Positions 1 to 10,008 of a DNA stretch of 64,000 nucleotides are shown here, piece by piece. Positions within the stretch are counted from its first letter, which is position 1, and every line of letters starts with the position of its first letter. The DNA lies in assembly GCA_963667175.2 (NCBI GenBank), contig CAXXXF010000002.1, forward strand, positions 256,001-320,000, written 5' to 3'. The notes under the pieces were generated by a model. It did not search any database. It was not told where the DNA came from and saw only the letters and a program-made list of their open reading frames with translations. A program made the translations under genes and the position numbers. Origin of the DNA: Candidatus Latescibacterota bacterium. GTDB taxonomy: Bacteria > Latescibacterota > UBA2968 > GCA-2709665.

Positions 1-16
1 CGAACGCGACAATCCC

Positions 17-45
17 TTGCATGCTGCACAAAGTTTCACCATATT
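17..45 (+). promoter_or_regulatory. Putative sigma70-like promoter, paralog of the cas6 upstream promoter
   Basis: TTGCAT-17 nt-CATATT; the surrounding ~70 nt resembles 4062-4130. Confidence 0.4.
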
Positions 46-432
46 ATGTGTGGCGGCGATGAAACCAATCCGAAAACGGGACGGACAATCGACACGACGA
101 ATTTCCAGGATCAGTAAAGGTGGAGATTTGTCGTTCTTGCCATATCGCAATAAAATTCTCAACGGGCTGTCAGGCCGCGGGACGGGTAAGTTTGCGGAAA
201 AAAATAGCGGCCAGGGACATTGTCCCGGGTCGGCTGGCGCCGGCCCATTCTGGTCGCTGCAAAGAATATAGCCATCCGCAACGAAAACGCAACTCTTTTC
301 GACATTTCTTGTAGGCGCCACTGGCAGATCAATCTCTATCAAAACACGGGGATGCTGAGGTTACGGGTGAAGTGGCCTAAAGTGAGTGCGTGGCGCGTGT
401 CTTCTGTCTACCGTGTTTTTTCGTCCATGGTT

Positions 433-555
433 GCATTTTGCGACACCCTGGGAGCGCCCGCATCGCACCCCAGTTAATCCGTCCACGAAAAGTTCGGCCG
501 TAGAATGTCCTGCTCATTCGTCTGGATGTGGCATTTTGCGACACCTGGGAGCGCC
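433..555. repeat. Two ~25-bp direct repeats
   Basis: GCATTTTGCGACACC(C)TGGGAGCGCC at 433-458 and 531-555. Confidence 0.7.
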
Positions 556-804
556 TGCCAACGGATTGGGTCTTTTCTGACCACTGAGCCCTTGCCACTG
601 ATTCCCGTTTTTTGGACCGAGGGCATCTTGCCCTCGATGCACGCTTCCCAATCCTTCCACGTCTCTGCGCAGACGTCGACGGGTTGTTTTTGACTCAAAC
701 TGACGGCTGAATGCGGATCGCTGCTTCTACTGATCACTTCCCACTGACCACTACTTAGAAAATAACCTTTCAGATTTCGAAGAATCCTGTTGTTTTTCTT
801 TTAT

Positions 805-2145
805 TTAAGCAGCTTGTAGCGTAAGCGCAACGTTGTACCCCAACTTTTCCAGGCGATGGGAGAGCCGAGAGACAACGTCGTGTTTCTTGCGCTGATCGAA
901 ATAGTTGCTGCCCGGATCTTGATAAGGTTGTGTGTGACAGGCCATATGATAGGCGGCTGTGAGAATGGAATGAGCCACTGCCACCAAGGCGCGTTTCTTG
1001 CCCCGTCGTGCGGCCAACCGACGATAGAGAGCGGACAGATAAGTGTCTTTGGTGCGCGAGGCCGCCCAGGCCGCCTGGACGAGGGCAAGACGCAACGCAG
1101 GATTGCCTTTGGTGGTGCGCCCCGATTGACGTTTCCCTGCGCTTTCATGGTTTCCAGGCGCTAAGCCGACCCAGGAGGCCAGATGCCGGTGGGTGGGGAA
1201 GCGGCCCATATCCACGCCCATTTCGGCCACCATAACCTCGGCCACGGTCTGGTTGACGCCAGGAATCGTATCCCACAAGGCCATGGCCTGATTGGGAAGG
1301 AGCCGAGAAGCTTGCGCAGGCTTGGACGAGGCGGCGGTTGGTGACTGCGCAGGCTTGGGCGAACCGCCCGAAGGAGGCTGCGGGTCTTTTGGGGGCACAC
1401 CCATCGCCTCAATGTGTTGAGCGATCTGGTCGGACAGCTGAGAAAGTTGTGTTTCCAGAAAGTCCAGATGCACCAGCAAGTGGCTCAACAAAAAGCGATG
1501 GTGGGGTCGGAAAAAGCCGGTCAGCGCCTGCTCTAGGTCGGCCTTCTTGTTGCGCAAGCGGCCCTTGGCCAACTCCGCTAACGCTGCTGGATCTTCCTGG
1601 CCTTGGATGAGCCCTTTTAGTATGGCCCGACCCGACACGCCCAGCGTATCGCTGGCCACACTGGACAGCTTGATGTTGGCGCCCTCCAAAGCCTTCTGCA
1701 CCCGATTGATCACCCGGGTGCGCTCCTGCACCAATGTGGTGCGATACCGCGTCAGATCACGCAAATCCCGCTGGAGGGCAGGGGGAATAAAGCTCGCTTT
1801 GAGCAAGCCGTGTTGCAGCAACCCGGCCAGCCACTCAGCATCCCGGACATCGGTCTTGCGTCCTGGCACCTGTTTGACGTGCTGAGCATTGACCAGCAAG
1901 ACTTCAAAGTTGGCTTCCAGCACGTTGAAGATGGGCTTCCAATACTCGCCGGTGCTTTCCATCGCCACATGGGTGCAGCCCCACTGAGAAAGCCAATCGC
2001 TCAACGCCAGCAACTGCCGGGTCATTGTGGAGAAGGTCTTTACCTCTCGCCGGCTCGGCTTTGACCCTTCGGCCTTCATCCGGCAGGCAACGACCGTCTT
2101 TTTGTGGACATCCAAACCAGCGCAACAAGGGTAGATGACATGCAT
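805..2145 (-). CDS. IS110-family transposase (DEDD recombinase)
   Basis: GLDVHK, AMESTG, PGRKTDVRDA and GLAPGNHESAG motifs. Confidence 0.95.
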   Translation of the reverse strand: MHVIYPCCAGLDVHKKTVVACRMKAEGSKPSRREVKTFSTMTRQLLALSDWLSQWGCTHVAMESTGEYWKPIFNVLEANFEVLLVNAQHVKQVPGRKTDVRDAEWLAGLLQHGLLKASFIPPALQRDLRDLTRYRTTLVQERTRVINRVQKALEGANIKLSSVASDTLGVSGRAILKGLIQGQEDPAALAELAKGRLRNKKADLEQALTGFFRPHHRFLLSHLLVHLDFLETQLSQLSDQIAQHIEAMGVPPKDPQPPSGGSPKPAQSPTAASSKPAQASRLLPNQAMALWDTIPGVNQTVAEVMVAEMGVDMGRFPTHRHLASWVGLAPGNHESAGKRQSGRTTKGNPALRLALVQAAWAASRTKDTYLSALYRRLAARRGKKRALVAVAHSILTAAYHMACHTQPYQDPGSNYFDQRKKHDVVSRLSHRLEKLGYNVALTLQAA

Positions 2146-2159
2146 CGCAGGCCTCCTGT

Positions 2160-2365
2160 GTCTGATCCGGCTGGTCGGGTATCTGCTGGGATAAGAGTCT
2201 ACTTGGCGGGCTCTCCCTTTACAGGGGGCGACAATAATGGATACCTCCAGATACCCAGGTCCAACTGTTTTTCAGGCTCATAGCACCATCTACAAAACGA
2301 CCTTCGACCAGCCAAGGGTTATGGTGGCCAACAACTTACCACACAAGTCTGTTGACGCAACCATT
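2160..2365 (-). ncRNA. Putative IS110 bridge/seek RNA (copy 1)
   Basis: Non-coding end with nested stems (2169-2177/2305-2313; 2177-2185/2248-2256), loop segments matching the target and donor junctions, and a TTGTCA-17-CATAAT promoter on the minus strand at 2400-2372. Confidence 0.6.
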
Positions 2366-2454
2366 TTCATCATTATGGGTGCCCCAAAGGGGCATGACAA
2401 CTACTTAGAAAATAACCTTTCAGATTTCGAAGAATCCTGTTGTTTTTCTTTTAT

Positions 2455-3795
2455 TTAAGCAGCTTGTAGCGTAAGCGCAACGTTGTACCCCAACTTTTCC
2501 AGGCGATGGGAGAGCCGAGAGACAACGTCGTGTTTCTTGCGCTGATCGAAATAGTTGCTGCCCGGATCTTGATAAGGTTGTGTGTGACAGGCCATATGAT
2601 AGGCGGCTGTGAGAATGGAATGAGCCACTGCCACCAAGGCGCGTTTCTTGCCCCGTCGTGCGGCCAACCGACGATAGAGAGCGGACAGATAAGTGTCTTT
2701 GGTGCGCGAGGCCGCCCAGGCCGCCTGGACGAGGGCAAGACGCAACGCAGGATTGCCTTTGGTGGTGCGCCCCGATTGACGTTTCCCTGCGCTTTCATGG
2801 TTTCCAGGCGCTAAGCCGACCCAGGAGGCCAGATGCCGGTGGGTGGGGAAGCGGCCCATATCCACGCCCATTTCGGCCACCATAACCTCGGCCACGGTCT
2901 GGTTGACGCCAGGAATCGTATCCCACAAGGCCATGGCCTGATTGGGAAGGAGCCGAGAAGCTTGCGCAGGCTTGGACGAGGCGGCGGTTGGTGACTGCGC
3001 AGGCTTGGGCGAACCGCCCGAAGGAGGCTGCGGGTCTTTTGGGGGCACACCCATCGCCTCAATGTGTTGAGCGATCTGGTCGGACAGCTGAGAAAGTTGT
3101 GTTTCCAGAAAGTCCAGATGCACCAGCAAGTGGCTCAACAAAAAGCGATGGTGGGGTCGGAAAAAGCCGGTCAGCGCCTGCTCTAGGTCGGCCTTCTTGT
3201 TGCGCAAGCGGCCCTTGGCCAACTCCGCTAACGCTGCTGGATCTTCCTGGCCTTGGATGAGCCCTTTTAGTATGGCCCGACCCGACACGCCCAGCGTATC
3301 GCTGGCCACACTGGACAGCTTGATGTTGGCGCCCTCCAAAGCCTTCTGCACCCGATTGATCACCCGGGTGCGCTCCTGCACCAATGTGGTGCGATACCGC
3401 GTCAGATCACGCAAATCCCGCTGGAGGGCAGGGGGAATAAAGCTCGCTTTGAGCAAGCCGTGTTGCAGCAACCCGGCCAGCCACTCAGCATCCCGGACAT
3501 CGGTCTTGCGTCCTGGCACCTGTTTGACGTGCTGAGCATTGACCAGCAAGACTTCAAAGTTGGCTTCCAGCACGTTGAAGATGGGCTTCCAATACTCGCC
3601 GGTGCTTTCCATCGCCACATGGGTGCAGCCCCACTGAGAAAGCCAATCGCTCAACGCCAGCAACTGCCGGGTCATTGTGGAGAAGGTCTTTACCTCTCGC
3701 CGGCTCGGCTTTGACCCTTCGGCCTTCATCCGGCAGGCAACGACCGTCTTTTTGTGGACATCCAAACCAGCGCAACAAGGGTAGATGACATGCAT
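2455..3795 (-). CDS. IS110-family transposase
   Basis: Same protein as 805-2145. Confidence 0.95.
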   Translation of the reverse strand: MHVIYPCCAGLDVHKKTVVACRMKAEGSKPSRREVKTFSTMTRQLLALSDWLSQWGCTHVAMESTGEYWKPIFNVLEANFEVLLVNAQHVKQVPGRKTDVRDAEWLAGLLQHGLLKASFIPPALQRDLRDLTRYRTTLVQERTRVINRVQKALEGANIKLSSVASDTLGVSGRAILKGLIQGQEDPAALAELAKGRLRNKKADLEQALTGFFRPHHRFLLSHLLVHLDFLETQLSQLSDQIAQHIEAMGVPPKDPQPPSGGSPKPAQSPTAASSKPAQASRLLPNQAMALWDTIPGVNQTVAEVMVAEMGVDMGRFPTHRHLASWVGLAPGNHESAGKRQSGRTTKGNPALRLALVQAAWAASRTKDTYLSALYRRLAARRGKKRALVAVAHSILTAAYHMACHTQPYQDPGSNYFDQRKKHDVVSRLSHRLEKLGYNVALTLQAA

Positions 3796-3809
3796 CGCAG
3801 GCCTCCTGT

Positions 3810-4015
3810 GTCTGATCCGGCTGGTCGGGTATCTGCTGGGATAAGAGTCTACTTGGCGGGCTCTCCCTTTACAGGGGGCGACAATAATGGATACCTCCAG
3901 ATACCCAGGTCCAACTGTTTTTCAGGCTCATAGCACCATCTACAAAACGACCTTCGACCAGCCAAGGGTTATGGTGGCCAACAACTTACCACACAAGTCT
4001 GTTGACGCAACCATT
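3810..4015 (-). ncRNA. Putative IS110 bridge/seek RNA (copy 2)
   Basis: Same sequence as copy 1. Confidence 0.6.
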
Positions 4016-4074
4016 TTCATCATTATGGGTGCCCCAAAGGGGCATGACAACTGTTTTCCATATGCGACAAATCC

Positions 4075-4103
4075 TTGTATGCTGCACAAACTTTCACTAT
4101 CTT
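4075..4103 (+). promoter_or_regulatory. Putative cas operon promoter
   Basis: TTGTAT-17 nt-TATCTT about 135 nt upstream of cas6. Confidence 0.5.
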
Positions 4104-4237
4104 ATATGTGCAGCGACTAATCCAATGCGAGAGGACAAGCCCGACAGGCGCGACCTATGACAGCGCTAGATCTGAATGTTACGTTCGCTAATGATTGAAC
4201 TGGGTAAATGGCATACCGATAGAATTGGGAGAGCACA

Positions 4238-4864
4238 GTGCCGTACGTTGACCTCGCTTTTCGCCTGACCGGATCCACCGTTCCGGTTGACCATGGTTAC
4301 GCTTTGTATGCGGGTCTGAGCCGTATTCTACCTGAAATCCATGCCGCACATGCAATCGGAATTCATCCAATCCGGGGTATTTACAACGGAGCTGGAAGGC
4401 TCCAGTTGTCCGACGCGTCGCGTCTGGTCATCCGTCTGCCACACGAGGATATTCGATTATACCTGAAGCTGGCCGGGAAGAGTCTCGTGCTGGACGGTTG
4501 CAAGCTGCGCGTCGGCGTCGGCGAGACCCGAGCGCTGGTTCCGGCGGCTACATTGTACTGCCGGATTGCCACCACCAGGAATGGCAACGATTCGGCTCGC
4601 TTTGATTCTGAAGTCGCCCGGCAGTTAGCTGCCCTCGGCATTCGCGGTAAGGTCTTCCGCGAACCGGAGGGTTCCGGGGGAAGTGATGGCCGCGACCCGA
4701 GTCGCCGCATTTTCCGCGTCAAAAGCAAGCGAATCGTCGGCTACTCAGTACTGGCGACGGAACTGACGGCTGAGGAATCCATCCTGTTGCAGGAGCGTGG
4801 GCTCGGTGGGCGGCGGCGGATGGGGTGTGGAGTTTTTGTGCCGACAGGAGGCACGAACACATGA
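4238..4864 (+). CDS. cas6: CRISPR-associated Cas6 (Myxan/Cmx6 type)
   Basis: N-terminal VDLAF..G..VPVDHGYALY and C-terminal GLGGRRRMGCGVF Gly-rich loop. Confidence 0.93.
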   Translation: MPYVDLAFRLTGSTVPVDHGYALYAGLSRILPEIHAAHAIGIHPIRGIYNGAGRLQLSDASRLVIRLPHEDIRLYLKLAGKSLVLDGCKLRVGVGETRALVPAATLYCRIATTRNGNDSARFDSEVARQLAALGIRGKVFREPEGSGGSDGRDPSRRIFRVKSKRIVGYSVLATELTAEESILLQERGLGGRRRMGCGVFVPTGGTNT

Positions 4865-7251
4865 CTGATATATTGCTCGCGAAATCACGTAACGAAAAGA
4901 ACGGCCAAGACGCGGTTTCTCTGCTAGAACACTCGAAGGCTGTCTTGGCGGCAGCCCGTGCGATACTCGACGAAGTCGGAGAATTTCTTCCTGCGGAATT
5001 AGCCAAATCCGATCTGAGGCACCTCGTCCTCTCGGGAGCAGTCCTGCACGATATCGGCAAGGCGAACGGTATTTTTCAAGGCAAACTTCATCCTCGACGA
5101 GAAGTGTTCCCGCCGATTCCATGGCATCAACGGCAACCGCTTCGGCATGAAGGACTCAGTGCATTGATTATCGCTGGATATGTCAAGGCCGCTGAGGAGT
5201 TTTCCGATCAGTTGGCAACGAAGTTTTTTAGTGAGTGTGAGAATCCCGAGATAGCCCGATGGATGTTAGCTTGGCTGGTCGGTGGGCATCACCTCCAGAT
5301 GCACCATGCCGAGGATGACTCGGCTGGCTTGGTTCGCATCAGCGGTATTGGTTCCGAGCGCATCCGGTTTCACGGTGATCTTCTGGGAAAGGAGTGGCAA
5401 CAGGAATTCCCTGATGTATTGCCGGACGCGTTCTGCTTACCAGATTTCGTCATTTCTACGGATATAGGTGAAGATGATAATCACCATGCCGCCTTGATGG
5501 ACAATTTCGCGTGGGAGTCGGAGGAGGAGGCCGAATCTCTGTCTTCTGATGACCTGCTCTTACTGGCGTTTGCCAAGGCGATCCTCATTGCGGCGGACGT
5601 AGCTGGCTCTGCCCTGTGGGATGATGGGGGCGATGAAATCACCCGATTGGAAAGATGTGTGCGATCATCGCTACGAAATCATTGTAAGCAAGAGCACTTG
5701 AAAGCAATTGTACGCACCCGGCTCAAGGTTGGAGGAAACGCCGACTACGAGACGAGCCTTTATCCATTTCAGCGTCACGTCCGAGCTGCGCGTAAACCCC
5801 GCGTCGTTCTAGAGGCTGCCTGCGGCGGCGGTAAGACCATCGCAGCCTATGAATGGGCGCACCAGTACGCCGATGCCGAACGCAAGTTAATTATCTGTTA
5901 TCCGACCACCGGCACGGCGGCGGCAGGATTTGACGACTATCTGTTTGTACAGGATGAATTAGAGCGCGATCTAATATCCAGCCGCGCCAGTGTGGATATC
6001 CTGCGAATGCTAGCCAATGAGCCGGAAGCAGCCGACGGAGTACATCGCGAGTTACGCCACCCCAACCGCGACCAAGATTTGGAAAACTTGATGAAGCAGG
6101 AATCGCTGCAAGCATGGGGTCAGCAAGCCATTGCCGCGACAGCCGATTTCGCTCTAGGACTCATGCAAAACCACCGGCGCGGCCTATTCAGTTTTCCGGC
6201 CATCCTCAAGAGCGCCATAGTTTTCGATGAAATTCATAGCTATGACGCCAAAATGTTCGGCTCTCTAGTGCGATTTTTGCAGACGTTTCCGCAGATTCCG
6301 GCATTACTGATGACAGCGTCGTTGCAACCGTCTCGGCGCGAAGCGTTGGATTCGGCGGGTGTGGACTACGAGCTCATTCCTGGCGACGACGATATGGAAA
6401 GAGCTGATCGGTATCGCCTAAAATGGCACGAAAAAGACAAAAAACAGTCTGATGTCCCAGATAAGTACTGGGAGGCTGTCAAGGACACGCTCGATAACGA
6501 CGGCAAGGTGTTGTGGGTATGCAATACCGTTGCCGATGCCACCTGCATTTACGACGAGGCGGAGCAGTTTGGCAACGGTGTGAAACGCATCCTGTTCCAC
6601 AGCCGCTTTTGCTATCGCCATCGCGTGAACCGCCAAAACGAGATATTGGCAGCCTTCAACGAGGATAAGGCACCGTGCTTGGCAGTGACGACGCAGGTGT
6701 GCGAAATGTCTTTGGACATCAGCGCGGACTTACTGGTGACAGCCCTCCCGCCGTTTCCAGCCCTAGTCCAACGGATGGGACGATTGAACCGCCGGTTCCC
6801 CCCGGAAAATCCAAACGGTGCTCAATGCTTGGTCTATGACTACGACGGCATGGATGGTCGTCCTTACCTCGTTGCGGACCTGAAAGCGGCCCGTGAGGCC
6901 GTCAAGAAACTCGCCGAAAAGCACCGCGCCCTCTCCCAACGCGATCTCAAGAACGCGCTGGACGAAATGCCGGAAGAGGTTGACGACATCAAGTTCCATT
7001 CCTCGTGGCTGGACGGCGGATGGGAGAGTAAGCCGTCAACACTACGCGAGGGGGACGCTACCGTGCCCGTTCTGCTGGCGCAGCACGAGGATGCAATTCG
7101 CGAGCGTATCGACGAGATTGGCAAAAACACGGCCATCAAGGAATGGTTGGTTCCGATTCTGGCCAGCAAGCAAATCGGTCGTGTCGGCAGCATCGGCGGT
7201 TATCCGCTGGTGTCCGGTGTGGAGTACGACGAGGAAAAAGGCGCGAGATGA
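4861..7251 (+). CDS. cas3: Cas3 HD nuclease-helicase
   Basis: HDIGK HD motif, ACGGGKT Walker A, DEIH, QRMGRLNR; ATG at 4861 overlaps the cas6 stop. Confidence 0.95.
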   Translation: MTDILLAKSRNEKNGQDAVSLLEHSKAVLAAARAILDEVGEFLPAELAKSDLRHLVLSGAVLHDIGKANGIFQGKLHPRREVFPPIPWHQRQPLRHEGLSALIIAGYVKAAEEFSDQLATKFFSECENPEIARWMLAWLVGGHHLQMHHAEDDSAGLVRISGIGSERIRFHGDLLGKEWQQEFPDVLPDAFCLPDFVISTDIGEDDNHHAALMDNFAWESEEEAESLSSDDLLLLAFAKAILIAADVAGSALWDDGGDEITRLERCVRSSLRNHCKQEHLKAIVRTRLKVGGNADYETSLYPFQRHVRAARKPRVVLEAACGGGKTIAAYEWAHQYADAERKLIICYPTTGTAAAGFDDYLFVQDELERDLISSRASVDILRMLANEPEAADGVHRELRHPNRDQDLENLMKQESLQAWGQQAIAATADFALGLMQNHRRGLFSFPAILKSAIVFDEIHSYDAKMFGSLVRFLQTFPQIPALLMTASLQPSRREALDSAGVDYELIPGDDDMERADRYRLKWHEKDKKQSDVPDKYWEAVKDTLDNDGKVLWVCNTVADATCIYDEAEQFGNGVKRILFHSRFCYRHRVNRQNEILAAFNEDKAPCLAVTTQVCEMSLDISADLLVTALPPFPALVQRMGRLNRRFPPENPNGAQCLVYDYDGMDGRPYLVADLKAAREAVKKLAEKHRALSQRDLKNALDEMPEEVDDIKFHSSWLDGGWESKPSTLREGDATVPVLLAQHEDAIRERIDEIGKNTAIKEWLVPILASKQIGRVGSIGGYPLVSGVEYDEEKGAR

Positions 7252-9077
7252 GCGATAAGAAAAAAAAGGCAAGAAGTACGGGGGTGACTTTCCGTTTGAA
7301 CGAGCCGGGCATGGGAGAGCATGAGCGTGTGGGCTTGGCGGGATTGTGCCTGAGCTTGACCGCAGCAATGGCGTGGGAAAAGCAAGGGCGGACATTGCCG
7401 TTGCCCAAGACCGTCGAAAAGAGTCTGGATAGATTGCGCGAGACGATAAGCAATTTGGATGCCCCCAATTTTCCTTTTATGGAAGACGGCTTGGGAATCT
7501 GTCTGGAATGGAGCGAAGGCAACGAAAAAGCCGCACTGGAGGCCGTCGTCAAATGGGCGTGGCAAGTCCATGATGGAGTATTTTTTCTTCCCGGCGTTCA
7601 CCGCAAGCGCGAGCATCTGGATTGCTACCATCTGCGGCTGCATGTCCACAATGGCCTATTGGGGACCTTTTTTCAGTTCCCAAGGACGATCAAGAAGGAG
7701 AAAGACCCTGAGCGGAAAGTCGTGCGCTTCGATGAGGAGAAAACTTTTTCAGTGTCATATCGCCGCATCGCGGCTGATGCAAAATTGCCCCAGCACAATG
7801 CTGTCCCCAAAAAGGGCATTTGTGGTAATGATACAGTAAAGGCAATGTCCTCTTGGATTTATCCGGGATCAGAACCTCGCTTCAACAACAATCCGACAAG
7901 TATTCAACGGGAAACAGGATGGCGCGGTCCAGCACGGTTCGCCTATCTAATGTTGTTCGCACCTATCGCCTGTCACTATATCAAGCTGCCGCGTTCCAGT
8001 GCCGATAATTGGGCATATATGGTTCCAAGCGTGGAGAACCTGCGGGGATATCAGCGCGATTTTATGCGCCGAAACATGGTCAACTTCGGGAACTGGCCTT
8101 TTTACGGCGAGGTCGCCGGGCTAGAGGATGCCACCTTGCGCTATGCGACGAGAAACAATGCGAGTGATCAGTCTGTGACGGTCGTCATGGGGAAAGCCAG
8201 TTTCTACCATGCTCAACAGAAGACTCGGAAAAACCTGTGGCGTGAAATAATCGTCTCTGACGAAATGCCGCCGCCGTTTTGGCGCTATGACATTTTCAAC
8301 CGCGTTTTTCCGGCTGGCAACATGGCCCGGCCGACCCGTAAACCAAAACCCGAAGAAAGCGACCAGAAAGGCAATCATTTCATTACGCTACCGAATTGCC
8401 GAGAGCGGATTACGGCCAATATCCTGCGCGGCAATCCGTGGTACGCTGACTTGGCGTATATTCCGTTCTGGCAGAGTGACCAAGTGGCCGACGAACGCAA
8501 GAGGACCAAAGATTCGATCTCTGCAGAAAGGCTATGGCTCCGCAAACTTCAATTTGAGAGGAAACAGCTTATGTCAATTGCCGACGAGGAAAGGATGTGG
8601 GACGACCCGCACGAAAAGGACATGCTTGAGGCTTTTCGCAGAGCGCTCTGGCGGCTTTGGAATCGGGAAGCTAAAGGTTTGGAAAGGGGTGGAAGCCGGG
8701 ATCTGTCCAAACGCTGGGATAACACGGCGGATAAATGGCACCGCCGACTCCTCCACGCCAAGACTAAGCTGTTGTTGGCCACAGTGGTCCACGAACTGCT
8801 TGCACAGGCAGCGAGAAGCCCCAATCGGAGGGGGGGGGACATAGGCGGCCCCGCATTCTTGCTGCCCAAAACTAGCGAAGATGAGAGCGATGAATCTCGC
8901 CGCGCACGAAACGACGCCTTTCAGGCTGAATTCCGCCGTATGGTGAATCATCCCAGTGACTGGAAGAAGGTTCGCGACTTGGCACTCTTGGCGTTGACGA
9001 CCTTTACAGCCCCGCGCATCGGTAGCGGCAAAGACAATCAATCCACCGAAGGAAACGGAAAGGAAGCCAACCAATGA
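7248..9077 (+). CDS. cas8: Cas8 large subunit (Cas8a1/Cmx8, Myxan type)
   Basis: Lies between cas3 and cas7; HERVGLAGL N-terminal motif, HNGLLGTFFQ, LFAPIAC, C-terminal WKKVRDLALLAL. Confidence 0.85.
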   Translation: MSDKKKKARSTGVTFRLNEPGMGEHERVGLAGLCLSLTAAMAWEKQGRTLPLPKTVEKSLDRLRETISNLDAPNFPFMEDGLGICLEWSEGNEKAALEAVVKWAWQVHDGVFFLPGVHRKREHLDCYHLRLHVHNGLLGTFFQFPRTIKKEKDPERKVVRFDEEKTFSVSYRRIAADAKLPQHNAVPKKGICGNDTVKAMSSWIYPGSEPRFNNNPTSIQRETGWRGPARFAYLMLFAPIACHYIKLPRSSADNWAYMVPSVENLRGYQRDFMRRNMVNFGNWPFYGEVAGLEDATLRYATRNNASDQSVTVVMGKASFYHAQQKTRKNLWREIIVSDEMPPPFWRYDIFNRVFPAGNMARPTRKPKPEESDQKGNHFITLPNCRERITANILRGNPWYADLAYIPFWQSDQVADERKRTKDSISAERLWLRKLQFERKQLMSIADEERMWDDPHEKDMLEAFRRALWRLWNREAKGLERGGSRDLSKRWDNTADKWHRRLLHAKTKLLLATVVHELLAQAARSPNRRGGDIGGPAFLLPKTSEDESDESRRARNDAFQAEFRRMVNHPSDWKKVRDLALLALTTFTAPRIGSGKDNQSTEGNGKEANQ

Positions 9078-10003
9078 CGATTCACATATTCGGGATGGCG
9101 CTCACACACGAGGGCACCTTCTCCAACAATCGAGGCGAAAACGAGGGCAATACCAACACCCTCCAGAAAGTCATTCGCAACGGCGACTTGTTCTCCACCG
9201 TCTCGGCAGAGGCAATCCGCTATGCTTTGCGCGATGGCTGGCAGCAAGCTGGCGAAACACTGAACCGAAAGACGCTCGATCATCGCGCTGTCGAATACAC
9301 TGACCGCGAATTTGCTGATGGTAATTGGTCAAATCGTCTTGACGATGATGTTCTTGGATTTATGCACGCAAAGAACGATACTGTCAGCCGGCGCGCGCCA
9401 CTGGAAGTGACTCGCGCCATTTCGGTAACGCCATGGACCGGAGAGACCATTCACAATTTCGCCTCTCCCGGCTCCAATCCGGCGAGACCAGATGACAATG
9501 ACCCAATCCCGTATTCGGTGGAGGTCCACCACACTCGCTATCAGTTCGGATTCGCCTTAACTCCCGATTCTTTGGGTCGGGAAAGGAATGACGCCGATAG
9601 CGCACACGACAATGATGAAAGGATCAGGCGTATTGATGCAACGCTGAATGGCCTCGCTAGCCTGCGGCGAGTCGGCGGCGCACATGCCCGCTATTTCGCC
9701 GACTACTCCCCGGAAATTCTCATCCTTCGCGTAACCACCGATCCCGCGCCGCGTATGCTCTATTGCTTTGAGCAACATGAGGGAAGTGGGAAAATCAGCG
9801 TCTGCGCCCTAAAAAAGAAGCTCGGCAGGGATATCGATCCCAAAGAATTGATTGTTGGCGCGGCAATCGACATCTCTGGGTTGAGTGATTTGGAAAGGGA
9901 CGATGGCGGACAAATCACCGGCGAGAGTCCATGGAATGGCGCAACCTTGACCGACGGTGTGAAAGATGCGGTCAAGAAATGCGTCGAGCGTTTGAAAGGC
10001 TAG
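9074..10003 (+). CDS. cas7: Cas7/DevR backbone subunit
   Basis: NNRGENEGN, TVSAEAIRYALR, DDDVLGFM, EVHHTRYQFGF. Confidence 0.93.
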   Translation: MTIHIFGMALTHEGTFSNNRGENEGNTNTLQKVIRNGDLFSTVSAEAIRYALRDGWQQAGETLNRKTLDHRAVEYTDREFADGNWSNRLDDDVLGFMHAKNDTVSRRAPLEVTRAISVTPWTGETIHNFASPGSNPARPDDNDPIPYSVEVHHTRYQFGFALTPDSLGRERNDADSAHDNDERIRRIDATLNGLASLRRVGGAHARYFADYSPEILILRVTTDPAPRMLYCFEQHEGSGKISVCALKKKLGRDIDPKELIVGAAIDISGLSDLERDDGGQITGESPWNGATLTDGVKDAVKKCVERLKG

Positions 10004-10008
10004 GCACA

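Larger units (their letters stand above)
751..2400 (-). mobile_element. IS110-family element, copy 1
   Basis: 1650-bp unit repeated at 2401-4050; (A)CT core at all three junctions; no terminal inverted repeats; DEDD transposase. Confidence 0.9.
2401..4050 (-). mobile_element. IS110-family element, copy 2 (tandem)
   Basis: Appears identical to 751-2400. Confidence 0.9.
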
